A stretch of DNA of 64,000 bases, from contig OX597831.1 in the NCBI GenBank assembly GCA_951406725.2, positions 41,292,001-41,356,000 on the forward strand, given 5' to 3'. Below are positions 1 to 11,250 of this stretch, in pieces. Positions within the stretch are counted from its first letter, which is position 1. The number at the start of each line of letters is the position of its first letter. Source of the stretch: Octopus vulgaris (lineage: Eukaryota). The notes below the pieces were generated by a model. The model ran no database searches. It was not told the origin of the DNA and saw only the letters and a list, made by a program, of their open reading frames with translations. A program made the position numbers and the translations under genes.

Positions 1-3
1 ATG

Positions 4-35
<32 letters not shown>

Positions 36-415
36 CATATGTATATATATACACATATGTATATATATATACATATATTTACATATATATATATACATAC
101 ATATATATATACATATATACACATATTTGTGTGTGTGTATACATATAATAATATAGAGTAAAATTAATTAATTAATAATTAATAATTTTACTAAGTAGTC
201 AGTACGTTAAAAAAACTTTTTTAGGTGAATTATACAAAATATTCTATTATTATATACATAATTATTATCAGGGGTTAGCTAAGTGCCTCGCCACCTACTG
301 AATTAGAAATAGACGTTAAAATCTTTTCAACTACCATTAAAATCTCCGAGACAATAACACACTTTTTTTTATGTAGGTAAAAAGAAAAATTATGAATCCA
401 CACGATTTCGGTTAA

Positions 416-475
416 TCTCAGACGTGTTTCGAATTTAAATTAAATTATATTTACCTATTATTCTCTTCGGTGTGA
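416..475 (-). ncRNA. Degenerate type I hammerhead ribozyme motif
   Basis: Minus strand reads tcaca-CCGAAGA-gaat...attc-GAAAC-ac-GTC-tgaga. Confidence 0.6.
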
Positions 476-751
476 TACTCCGAGTTATAAGTTTGCGAGT
501 GTTAGGATTAAATATTTATGCGATCAAGCGTCATCGCATAACTGATATTCAACCTCACTTCGAAAAATATACAGCCTAATGTGATACATATCCTTTATAC
601 CCACGTGTGTGTTAAGACCAATCCCGCAGAAGAACTGCAGTTTCGATCATGGAGGAAATTATAATTTTAATACTAATATAGGGTGAAATTAATTAACTGT
701 GACCGCGTCCATATTTAATCCTAACACTCGCAAACTTATAACTCGGAGTGC

Positions 752-810
752 CACACAGACGAGAATTATAGGAACATATAATTTACTTTAAATTCGAAAT
801 GAGTCTGTGA
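752..810 (+). ncRNA. Degenerate type I hammerhead ribozyme motif
   Basis: caca-CAGACGA-gaatt...aattc-GAAA-tga-GTC-tgtg; stems I and II pair; core deviates from CUGANGA at U4. Confidence 0.6.
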
Positions 811-922
811 TTAACAGAAGTCGTGTGGTTTCATCATATTTCTTTTTACCTTCATATAAAAGTATGTTATTGTTTCGGAGATTTTCATGGTAGTTGAAAA
901 GACATTAGCGTAATTCAGTACA

Positions 923-993
<71 letters not shown>

Positions 994-1449
994 TATATAT
1001 AAGTCATTTCGATGACGTCCGTCTTCTCTGCCCCGCCCTAAATATGGCGAGCTTTCACAGTTACCATCTACCATATTCACTCACAAATCGTAAGTAATCG
1101 CGGAGACTATAGCATCAGACATTCGCTCAAGATGCCGTGCAGTGGGACAAACTCAAATTCACATAATTGCAAAGCTAGCTTTCTTGACCACACTGCAATG
1201 CCTGTCTGATGTTTGCAAAAATCGACAAGCGTTACATCATCTCCAAACTGAAGCAAATGTAAAAAAATATGAAGATCCAAGGGAAATAATGTAAAGAGTT
1301 GTTTCCCTTGCTGAACGGCATAAACCTAAGTTCTCTGGAGCTATGCATATTCGATTCGCTACAGTATTTTGACACCGAATAATTACTTCGCCACAACCGC
1401 TGATTAACGAACAATATTTCCAATTTAAAAGTATTGATTTTACACAGTA

Positions 1450-1960
1450 TACCCATATAGTAAATTTAGAAAGTATTCCTCCCGTCCCACCACCATTTTC
1501 TCGCAAATTATTGTTTTTTTGTTTTTTTTTAATTTCATTTGCCAAAAACCCACGTTTTCGGATACGGAGATTCCGGGGAATTGCCAAAAACCGGTATTTT
1601 GATATTTTTTGCCCTCCCCGCTCCAATTCTTTATTTTTCACTTTTTTCCGTAAACCTAACCCTAAAACCCTAAGTAGAAAAAGTCTTGGACATTTTTTTC
1701 AGACTCATAATCTCCGTACTTTTCCGCATATTTTGAAAAAATCAAAATTTGTGAAAAAAGTTTAAAATGAAGAATTTAGAAGGGGTGCAATTTCAAAATG
1801 CCGACGTTTGCCTTTTATCTATTTATTTTTTTCTTTGCAGATTCGTATTCTCCGTATAGAAAAAAAAATTAAATTTCAAAAAGGGGTGTTTTCGGGGTAA
1901 GGGTACAAAAGGAAGTCTTGCCGTAAATTTATTCATGCTATGTTGTCTGAGAGTAAGGAA
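1450..1960. mobile_element. Possible non-autonomous Helitron/Helentron-like repeat
   Basis: CpG-retaining repeat-like segment with aacctaaccctaaaacccta; termini not defined. Confidence 0.25.
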
Positions 1961-2075
1961 AGGTAAAAATAAGGATTCGTAATTATTTTTAAAAGCTTCA
2001 GCGAGACAGAAACATTAATTACTATGTCCTAGAGAGAATGTACTGGGAATTCGCGGTAATTTTGAAGTGAATATA

Positions 2076-2400
2076 GGCGCAAGCGTGGCTGTGTGGTAAG
2101 AAGGTTGCTTCCCAACGACACGGTTCCGTGTTCAGTCCCACTGCGTGGCACCTTGGGTGGGCTGACCAAGGGAATTTGGTAGACGGAAACTGAAAGAAGC
2201 CAATCGTATATGTGTATGTGTGTGTACCCACCATCGCTTGAAATCGATGTAGGTGTGTTTGCGTCCCTGTAACGGTTCGGCAAAAGCAACCGATAGAAAA
2301 GTACCAGACTTACAAAGAATAAGTACTGAGGTCGATTTGTTCGACTAAAAGGCGGTGCTCCAGCATGGTCGCAATCAAAATGACTGAAGCAAAGAAAAGA
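2076..2400 (+). mobile_element. tRNA-derived SINE, family A (CORE-like ccttgggcaag)
   Basis: Head ggcgca..tggctgtgtggtaag...gttcagtccc; tail ggcggtgctccagcatgg..aatgactgaa; more than 15 copies in the window. Confidence 0.88.
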
Positions 2401-2584
2401 AAAATGTAAAAATGAATCCAAAAAATACATTTTAAGCTGTGCATCCTAGCTTCAAGAACCTGGCTTCGTGGAAACGCCTTTGGAACGAAGCTCTAAACAC
2501 GCCAGTCATTTTCTTAGCTTTAAAATAATACATCAACACTGTGCGTCTGTACGACAGGACCACCCAAGATAAATACCGCTGATA

Positions 2585-2800
2585 GGCGAGCTGGCAGAAA
2601 CGTTAGCACGCCGGGCGAAATGCTCAGCAGTATTTCGTCTGTCGTTACGTTCTGGGTTCAAACACCGCCGAGGTCGACTTTGCCTTTCATCCTTTCGGGG
2701 TCGATAAATAAGGTACCAGTTGCGCACTGGGGTCGATGTAGTTGACTTAATCCCTTTGTTTGTCCCCTCTATGTTTTGCCCTTTGTGGGCAATAAAGAAA
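2585..2800 (+). mobile_element. SINE family B (central gcctttcatcctttcggggtcgataaa domain)
   Basis: A/B-box head (gagctggcagaa...gggttcaaa); further copies at about 6370-6667, 25475-25890, 26445-26881, 33565-33760, 43110-43318. Confidence 0.85.
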
Positions 2801-2891
2801 TATATTTATACTACAATTTTGTTTACACTGAATTTGAGTTTCTAAAATCCAAAGTATTTTTATTTCATTATAATAGTTAACAGTTGAAGAA

Positions 2892-2957
2892 CTGCTTGGT
2901 CCAATGGTAGAACGTCGGCCGTGTTTTCGGGTAATCTGAGTTCGAGTCCCCAAGCAG
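2892..2957 (+). pseudogene. tRNA-like sequence (pseudogene or SINE head)
   Basis: Perfect 7-bp acceptor-like stem ctgcttg/caagcag, A-box tggtccaatggtag, B-box gagttcgagtcc, TTTT downstream; T and anticodon arms defective. Confidence 0.4.
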
Positions 2958-2972
2958 CTTTTAACTTTCATG

Positions 2973-3330
2973 GGCGCAGGAATGGCTGTGTGGTAAGTAG
3001 CTTGCTTACCGACCACATGGTTCCGAGTTCAGTCCCACTGCGTGGCACCTTGGGCAAGTATCTTCTACTATAGCGTCGGGCCGACCAAAACCTTGTGAGT
3101 GGATTTGGTAGATGGAAACTGAAAGAAGCCCGTCGTGTGTGTATATCTGTGTTTGTCCCTCGCCCAACATGGCTTGTGTGTTTACGTTCCCGTAACTTAG
3201 CGGTTCGGCAAAAGGGACTTATAGAATAAGTACTAGGCTTACAAAGAATAAGTTCAGGGGTCGATTTGCTCGACTAAAGGCGGTGCTCCAGCATGGCCAC
3301 AGTCAAATGACTAAAACAAATAAAAGAGTA
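2973..3330 (+). mobile_element. SINE family A, full length
   Basis: Colinear with 2076-2400 and 6866-7240. Confidence 0.9.
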
Positions 3331-4338
3331 TAATCAGTTCTGCTGCCGAAGTGATGGAAAGAGACCAGATGGTCTTACCCTCTGTCCTTCATTTGAGACG
3401 CCATAATCTGCGATTCTTTTGCTCCCTCCCACATCCAGGATGCTGCAGTAAATGGGGGGGGGGGTCACTGGTTCCGTAGCCGAACGGAACAAAACCCCGA
3501 AGTACCGGGACCCGGGATCTGACAGTAAACTATCTCTTCCCAACCTGTGGCATTTGACACGTTCGGAGGAATTGGGCCACTAACCGCAAAGTTCTTCTTA
3601 TCGTTCTCGCCGATGTGTGGTGATGCCCGCGGGGGCACTTGGTTTTTTCCAACGCCTTAGCCTCACCATCGCCCGTGCTAATTGCTGCTTGCGTGATGAC
3701 TTGCTTCAGTAGGTTCCGTTGCACTTTGTGGTGTGTGACCAATTGAAGCGTTTAGTGCCGCATTGCTTTGTTGGGTTTTTTCTTTTCTTTATCCTCCACA
3801 AATGGTTTCAGTAGTTTTAGCAGAAAAATTTGGAAGAATTAGAAGTTCTCCGATAATTTTCTTTCATTTTATGCAAATAAACGTTTATGTTAATTTAAGA
3901 ATTTGCCAGTAAAATCTTATAAAATGACAATTTATAAAAGATGTACGTGTTTATGTTATATTTAGAAAATAAAATTTTTAAATCATAACATTTTAAAACC
4001 CTGCCTGTATTTTGCAGATGTCCAAGATTCAGATGCCAAAACTTGCGTTCGGGAAAAATTCTTAAAATCTTCCAGAATTTCAACTTAAATCATTTAAAAA
4101 ATTGATACACAGAAAAAATAAAATAAAAAAGTCCTTCCCAAGCCCCAGTCTCAGAAGGCCATTTTCCGGATTATCTGGCATACGTATTCTCCCATGAATG
4201 GGTTACCGAGCCTGACGCAACATTTCTCATTTTTGCAAGCCTGGAGCAACATAAAATGAAGTGTTGTGATCGAGAGCATACCACATTGCTCGAGCCAAGA
4301 ATCGAAACTACACTCTTGCGATCATGCGAACCACACCA

Positions 4339-4759
4339 GGCGATCTTTCGTCTCTAGTAGACCTTTCCGTCGATTTCCGTAAAAAAAATATTTTTTTTAC
4401 ATATGGGCTTGCGGGAACTTTTGAAGCAATATACATACATATACACATACACCGAGTAAAAAATTTCAGTTATCTCTTTCTTTCACACATTACTCTGTCT
4501 CTTCACACACACTAACAGAAGCACTTCACTTACACAACATACTGTCTGTCTCCCACACCCCATCAAACACACACACACATGTACATCAATGCTTCACATG
4601 CACGGTAACTTCAAAAGAACTTCCCACGTCATACAATCGCTTACTCTTAGTCTCTTTCGCTCTCATTACTTCAAAAGTTCCCGCAAGCCCATATGTAAAA
4701 AGAAAAGAATTTTTTTTACGGAAATCGACGGAAAGGTCTACTAGAGACGAAACATTGCC
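4339..4759. mobile_element. MITE with about 90-bp TIRs, Merlin-like
   Basis: TIRs GGCgatctttcgtctctagtagacc... / ...ggtctactagagacgaaacattGCC; exact 8-bp TSD ccacacca at 4331-4338 and 4760-4767. Confidence 0.85.
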
Positions 4760-5221
4760 CCACACCATAACCACAAAACACGCCTCTACAGACACTCATG
4801 GGAGTTACTGAGTATCGTGGTGATTGTTACCTTGTATAACACTACAAATATAGCAGTTGTGGACGTTATCATTCCTTCGGCGCCAATATGGATTAAATTA
4901 CAGATTCGAATACAAGGGAACTAACTCTTCAACCGTCCTCACAACGAATGTTTTTTTTTTTTGATTTCATGCTTTAATCTTTTAATGAAATAAAGATATT
5001 TACTGGATTTAGTTTCAAACTTATCGACTGTTCTATCGAATAAGGAAAGCATTTAGATCTAGAGACTGCATCCAGAATAATCAGCATAACTTTTGCAAAG
5101 TAACACCTGGCGTACGACCGGCAGCACTTGTAAAATCAGTGAAACGGAACCTCAGGTGTACAACCTTTAAAGATCTTTTGTCATTTGTTGAAAAATACAT
5201 TTAATTTCATCCTATAATTTA

Positions 5222-5270
<49 letters not shown>

Positions 5271-5452
5271 AATGTAGAGAACTCCAGCATAGTTTCGAAC
5301 AAATGGGGAATGTATAAAAATATAGTTGCCTTGAAAAACCGAAACGAAATAATATTGTTTACTTTAGGAAGATTAAAAAATTTAAAATACTCCAGTTTTT
5401 AAAAAGTACATATTACAAGAGAAATAAAAGAAAAAGCAATAAACGCACACCC

Positions 5453-5494
<42 letters not shown>

Positions 5495-5824
5495 GAAGTG
5501 TGTTATAGAAAGTATGCTCATAGAGCCAATGCGCAAAAATACATAACAGAGGAAATTGAAAATAAAAATCGTAGGCAGTCAAATAGATTCCCGAACGCAT
5601 AGAAGATATTCAATCAATGAGTTTGAATCATATATATTTATACACATTAACATAAATTATGCATGTACAGGTGTAAAGATTCTCCAAGAGTATAAAATGC
5701 AGAATACAGAATATAAAAACATACGATTCAATTACACTGATTGAATATCTTCAGTTATACATTTCACCGCCTATAATTTGCGTTTTCAATTTCCTCTACT
5801 CTGTATTTTTATAGATATAGATAT

Positions 5825-6095
5825 ATCACCGTGATCGACCAGGCTATCTGATGTTGTTACACATCGCTGGTCACAATGCGCTTCGCATTGTTTTAGCCTT
5901 CAAATGACGCCACCCCACTGGCTAAGCGAGCAGGCCAACAGAAGAAAGAGTGATAGAAATTTGTGGTGAAAGAGTAGAGCAGGGATCGCCACCACCCACT
6001 GCCAGAGCCTCATGGAGCTTTAGGTGTTTTTGCTCAATAAACTCACAACGCCGGGCCTAGGAATTGAAACTAACCACTGAGCCATTGCACCTCCA
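5825..6095 (-). mobile_element. SINE family C variant (same head as 20532-20919, different 3' part)
   Basis: Minus strand ggaggtgcaatggctcagtggttag...tttattgagcaaaaacacctaaagctcc. Confidence 0.8.
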
Positions 6096-6865
6096 CATAT
6101 AGATATATAACAAGGTATATATAAAAACATATATATATATATATATACATCGTTTACTATAGTAGAAATAAATGTAGGCAGATGATAACAAAGAGTCTGC
6201 AGAAGTTATAAGCTTCCTGAATTTATAACTGCTACAGTAAACTAGATTTTGTTTTCATGGTGCAAGTAAACAATATTCCTGTATATACTTCACTCCATTG
6301 AAACTACACTGCAATTTCTTCACTTTTATCAGTTTCTATGTTTAGACTCTTTGAATTAAAGATTTCTTTTCTACTCTAGGTGCAAGGAACGAAATTTTGG
6401 GGGTGATGGCAGCCAGTCGATTAGATCGACACCAGTATGCAACTGGTACTTAATTTATCGATCACATTGGAGCCTGATGCAGCCATCTGGTTCGCCAGTC
6501 CTCAGTCAAATCGTCCAACCCATACTAGCATGGAAAGCAGACGTTAAACGATGATGATGAAAGGCAAAGTTGACTTCAGCAGAATTTGAGCGCCAGAACA
6601 TAAAGACAGATGAAATATTGCTAAGCATTTTGCCCAGCTTGCTAATATTTCTGCCAGTTCGCCACCTTGAATAGAAGATTTATTGAATAATTAAGTGCTG
6701 CCTAATTCTCATACATTCTACTGGTTTTATTTGTTGGACTACAGCCATACTGAGACACCTTGAAAGGGTTAGGCACGCTCTTTTGCTGAACCAAGTTATT
6801 GTGATGTAAACAAACCAACACCAATTGTCAAGTGGTACAGAGAAAACAAACAAAAAAAAATATAG

Positions 6866-7240
6866 ACGCAGGAGTGGCTGTGTGTTAAGTAACTTGCTTA
6901 CCAACCACATGGTTCCGGGTTCAGTCCCGCTGCGTGGCACCTTGGGCAAGTGTCTTCTACTATAGCCTCGGGCTGACCAAAGCCTTGAGTGGATCTGGTA
7001 GACGAAAACTGAAAGAAGCCCGTTGTATATATGTGTGTGTCTGTGTTTGCCCCCCACACAGCATCGCTTGACAACCGATGCTGGTGTTCTTACGTCCCCG
7101 TAACTTAGCGGTTTGGCAAAAGAGACTTATAGAATAAGACTTACAAAGAATAAGTCCTGGGGTTGATTTGCTCGACTAAAGGCGGTGCTCCAGCATGGCC
7201 GCAGTCAAACGACTGAAACAAGTCAAAGAGTAAAAATAAA
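6866..7240 (+). mobile_element. SINE family A, full length
   Basis: Colinear with other copies. Confidence 0.9.
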
Positions 7241-7309
7241 AGATATAGGTATTAAGGAAGGATACAAAAATATTAGGTTTATAAGCCCTAAAATTCACTA
7301 TGTTGCCCA

Positions 7310-7535
7310 CAGGATTATCAGATAATGGTTAAGAGCGCAGGCTACTAACCACAAGACTGCGAGTTCAACTCCAGGCAGTGCCTTGAATAAATAATACTAG
7401 CATCAGCAAAAAATACCTTAGGAACAAGAACCTAGGGTTAGGTTCAAAATTTCCACCAGGACACCTGATGAAGGCTGGAGAGTAAATCAGCTGAAACATT
7501 GAAGATGAGGACACATATCCATCCAATGTAAATTA
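7310..7535 (+). mobile_element. tRNA-headed SINE-like element carrying a hammerhead core
   Basis: A-box taatggttaagagcg and B-box gagttcaactcc, then acac-CTGATGA-aggctg...cagct-GAAAC at 7461-7497. Confidence 0.55.
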
Positions 7536-8115
7536 TATATTTCACACAATTTCCATCCATCAAATTCACTAACACGTTCGTTGACTCGGGACAATAGTAG
7601 AAGGGACTTGGCCATGGTATCACACAGTGGAACTCAGAAACACATTGTTGCAAAACAAGCTTCCTAACAGCAGGTCACACTGAGCCAACACTAAAACCTG
7701 AAGGTTCAAACTCTCTTCGTTTTAGAATTTATTTTAATCTTCATAGAGGTCAAATGATCTTTTTTTTTTTACTTCATGTAGACAGCATTTACATATTTAT
7801 TTACCAAATGCAACCATCAGTGATAATGTAATCAGGTGTTAATCAGCAGTACTCTTGTTGTACATATAAATTCAAAGAGTAAATAGACAAGATTCTTCAA
7901 GCATCCCTACCATTTTTTGTTTATGGACCCTTTTGATTCTTATTTTATTCCACTGGATCCCCACAACCATTCAAAGTTCTAAAAAAAACCATTGTTTATA
8001 TAATTAGTATCAGGGTTTATTAAAAAAAAAAAGATCATTTTGTAAAGCTTATGTGGACCCTGGATAAGAACCACTGTCTACATAATCTCAACATCATCAC
8101 CTGTCACTTCTTTAA

Positions 8116-8336
8116 CCCTTTAGTGCTCACATTATTCTGCCAAAATTAATGCTTCTTCATCCACATTGTTTTGAACTAATCATGCATTATCTTGTAGCTT
8201 TGAGATTTTAATGTGGTAGCTGTTAATTTTTAAAACGATATTGTAGGGTTGGTGTGAGAGACCAGATCTGGCCAGTTTGAACATAAAACAGGCAGAATAC
8301 TTTTGGCCGGATATGGCCGGTTTAAATGCTAATGGG
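8116..8336. mobile_element. piggyBac-like MITE
   Basis: TTAA|CCCtttag...ctaatGGG|TTAA; related copies at about 20514-21500, 24288-24790, 35385-35590, 41865-42070, 53670-53890. Confidence 0.8.
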
Positions 8337-8999
8337 TTAACCTTTTACCAGCATCTCACACCTACCCTACAATGTCATTCTAAAAATAAACAATTAGATC
8401 TTTGAAATCTTGAAGCTACAATACCAGATTAATTTCTTTTTAAATGTGAATAAATAAGAGTTACTTTTTTATATCACCTCAACACAAAAGGAATAAAGCT
8501 TATTACTTGCAATAGAACACAAGACATTTTTGGCACTGCTTTATTAGGATCGCCAACTCAGTTAACATCAGATGCCTTGGCATCTCATACTCCTCTCCCT
8601 TTATCTGTGAACATATTTCTATGTCCATGAGAATAGTAAACGAGGTTCAATAAATAGGTTGTAACGTCCTGCCTCTTTTTATCCATATGTGTATATATTT
8701 GCATGTGCATGTAGGCCAGCCTTCAGCACTAAGAAAAGGCCACATGTCCAGTAAGTCTTGCCAAATTGTCAGCACTTAAACGATTCATTCTGCCTGTCAC
8801 AGAATGCCATCCAGCTAACAATGCAGGAGTCAGCATCTGACTCCTGCATTAGAAGACACACTACAGCTGCAAAAGAACGCTACCAACAGTAATCAAGGAA
8901 TCATCTTGAACAGGAGTGTCCATGTGGTAAGTAGCTCACTTCCCTGCACATGCATGTTGTTTGTTCACACCACTGATTGAAGTCGTCATGCTGGCTTGC

Positions 9000-10945
9000 A
9001 GACAACGAAATGCAGTAATTATTTGTGTGCAAGCAAGAGGTCCTCACTGGATTCTAAACTCTAGTCTGCCTACAGTAGAGTGTATAGTTTTTCTCACTTG
9101 TGAGAATTATTGTTTGGGGGCATATCCCTGCTTCCAAAATTTGCTCATTTTGAGTGAATAGTGTTTTTCTCACTTAATTTTGAGAATAGTTGGGGCATAA
9201 TTCACTTGCAAAATGTGTTCACTTTTAGTGAATAGTGTTTTAGAATAGATGCAACAACTGTGAAAAGTTGTATTCCAAGTAGTGGCGTTACAGTTTCAAA
9301 TTGAAGGCCTGGAGTATCAAGTGCCCAGAAGATTTTTGCCGTTTCATTTTTAACTGTTGTTCTCTTTTCTTCTATTATTTATAACTTTCTTCATTGAGCT
9401 GTTTATTTATTTTTTTCTTCCTTCCTTTTTGTTGAGATTTTATTTTTGATTTCTTTTTCTTCCTTTATTCTTGGAATTTTATTGTCAACTGCTTTTTGGA
9501 CTTTTAATTTAAAAGAAAAAATATGGCAAAGAACATGGACAATAATGTGGTGTGGGAAATAGTACCACCCAAACAACAGTTAATGGACTTCCAAGATGGT
9601 GATGTTGAGGACATACTCCAAGTCGCTCAACACCATCACCATATTTGAAAAAAACTATGATTGAAAAAGAGTTGGCAGAGTATCTGCCAACTATTAAATA
9701 CATCTCTAAGAGGGTCAAGTACGCAACAGTGTGATTGCTATTTGACACCCCCCGAGGAGGCTTGCAAATTTGCGAGCCAGCTCTTGGAGGGCAGAGAAGT
9801 TTTGTTCCTTCCCACTTATTGTGAAAGTTGACGAGGGCTTGGGTCTGTGGTTTGCCACCCAGAATAGAACCCGAGTGGATAGAGGATACTATCCGCTCGG
9901 GTTTGGGTAGCAGCAGAGCCAAGCTGCTCAATGTGAAAATCTTGCCTGTGGGTGATTGGGAGGGGTCAAAAGCGGTTTTGATCCTATAGACCCAATCATC
10001 CAAAAATCTGGTATTTCGAGATTCTTTGAGAATGGTTGGTTCTAGGTATCCAGTGATGATTGAGGGACGTCTCCACCAAAGTGTCACCTGTGTCTAGAAC
10101 CAAACCACATTAAAAAGAACTGTCTCCAGGACCAAGGTTATGGTACTGGAGCAGTTAATAAAAATACCACTCCCTGCTCCCTCATCAGAGGGAGAGAAAG
10201 AGGCAGTCATGGAGGACTCCACCTCCTCAAAAAAAGTTAAAAAAGAGAAAGGTGGGCAACAATGGTTGCCCACCAAACACTACAAGAGGGAGGGAAGATC
10301 TTCCGGACAAAACGGAAGAACTCCACCCTCCCGTGGCTCAAGGTAAAAAAAAAAAAAAAAAGGACAGAAAAACGGGACATTGCCAGCAGTTTGTGACACG
10401 CTACTGGTATGCTCCAAAGCACTTTCGGTGGGAGTTGTACCAACAATGGTAGAAACTGTAGGCCTTTCCCATGCTATGAATGAGGAGTTTGTGATCCTCT
10501 TTCATAAGGGAGGGTCATTGGAAAGCTTCGATAAGAAGTTTAAAAAGAAAGGCCAGAGGGAAGGGATTCTATCCTGCACTGAGGTCCCTGACTGGCCTTC
10601 GCAGGTGACTGCAGAGGTCATATGGGAGACCAATTTGTGCAGGGTGAACTCCTTCCCCAAGGATACTCTTAGATTTATGTTAAAGTGGCCCGACTTGGCA
10701 CCATCCAAGTGCTTGAATGAGGCAAGGAACCTGGTCGGGCATGAAAGTTTGTAACTGAAAATAAAAGTAAGAGGCTTAGTACCTCATTTTGTTTTTTGAA
10801 TTGTGAACAATGTAAGAGGTTTGTTGCCTCGTGAATGTAATATAAAAGATCAATGTTCTCGGGTAAGCAGCGATCAGCGGGCATTGCTTGTTGCCCTCAT
10901 TTATCATCATTTTCATTTGTAATTTCCCTTTTATGGCCAATATAA
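9000..10945 (+). mobile_element. Decayed, internally deleted L1/Tx1-like non-LTR retrotransposon
   Basis: Broken ORF1-like frame with a CCHC zinc knuckle CHLCLEPNHIKKNC at 10082-10123; stops and frameshifts; boundaries approximate. Confidence 0.6.
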
Positions 10946-10949
10946 TGAA

Positions 10950-11250
10950 AAGCTTGCTTCCCAACCACATGGTTCCAAGTTCAGTCCCATCATTTGGCAC
11001 TTTGAGCAAGTGTCTTCTACTATAGCCTTGGCACAACCAAAGTCTTGTGAGTGATTGGGTAGATGGAAACTGGAAGAAGCCCATCATGTTTGTACCCCCC
11101 ACCAATCGTTTGACAACCAATGTTGGTGTGTTTACATCCTCAGCAAAAGAGACCAGTAGAATAAGTGTAAGGCTTGCAAAGAATAAGTCCCGGGGTCGAT
11201 TTGTTCGACTAAGGGTGGTGATCCAGCATAGCCGTAGTCAATAAAAGAAT
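10950..11250 (+). mobile_element. SINE family A, diverged
   Basis: Colinear with family A. Confidence 0.8.

Larger units (their letters stand above)
313..913. mobile_element. Inverted repeat (about 215-bp arms, 313-527 and 700-913), Penelope-like pseudo-LTR remnant with hammerhead motifs
   Basis: Arms are reverse complements (e.g. ctccgagttataagtttgcgagtgttaggattaaatat / atatttaatcctaacactcgcaaacttataactcggag); each holds a type I hammerhead-like core. Confidence 0.7.

Noticed and set aside
1654-1672. Telomeric repeat (CCCTAA)
   Set aside because: Only two to three imperfect units inside a dispersed-repeat-like segment.
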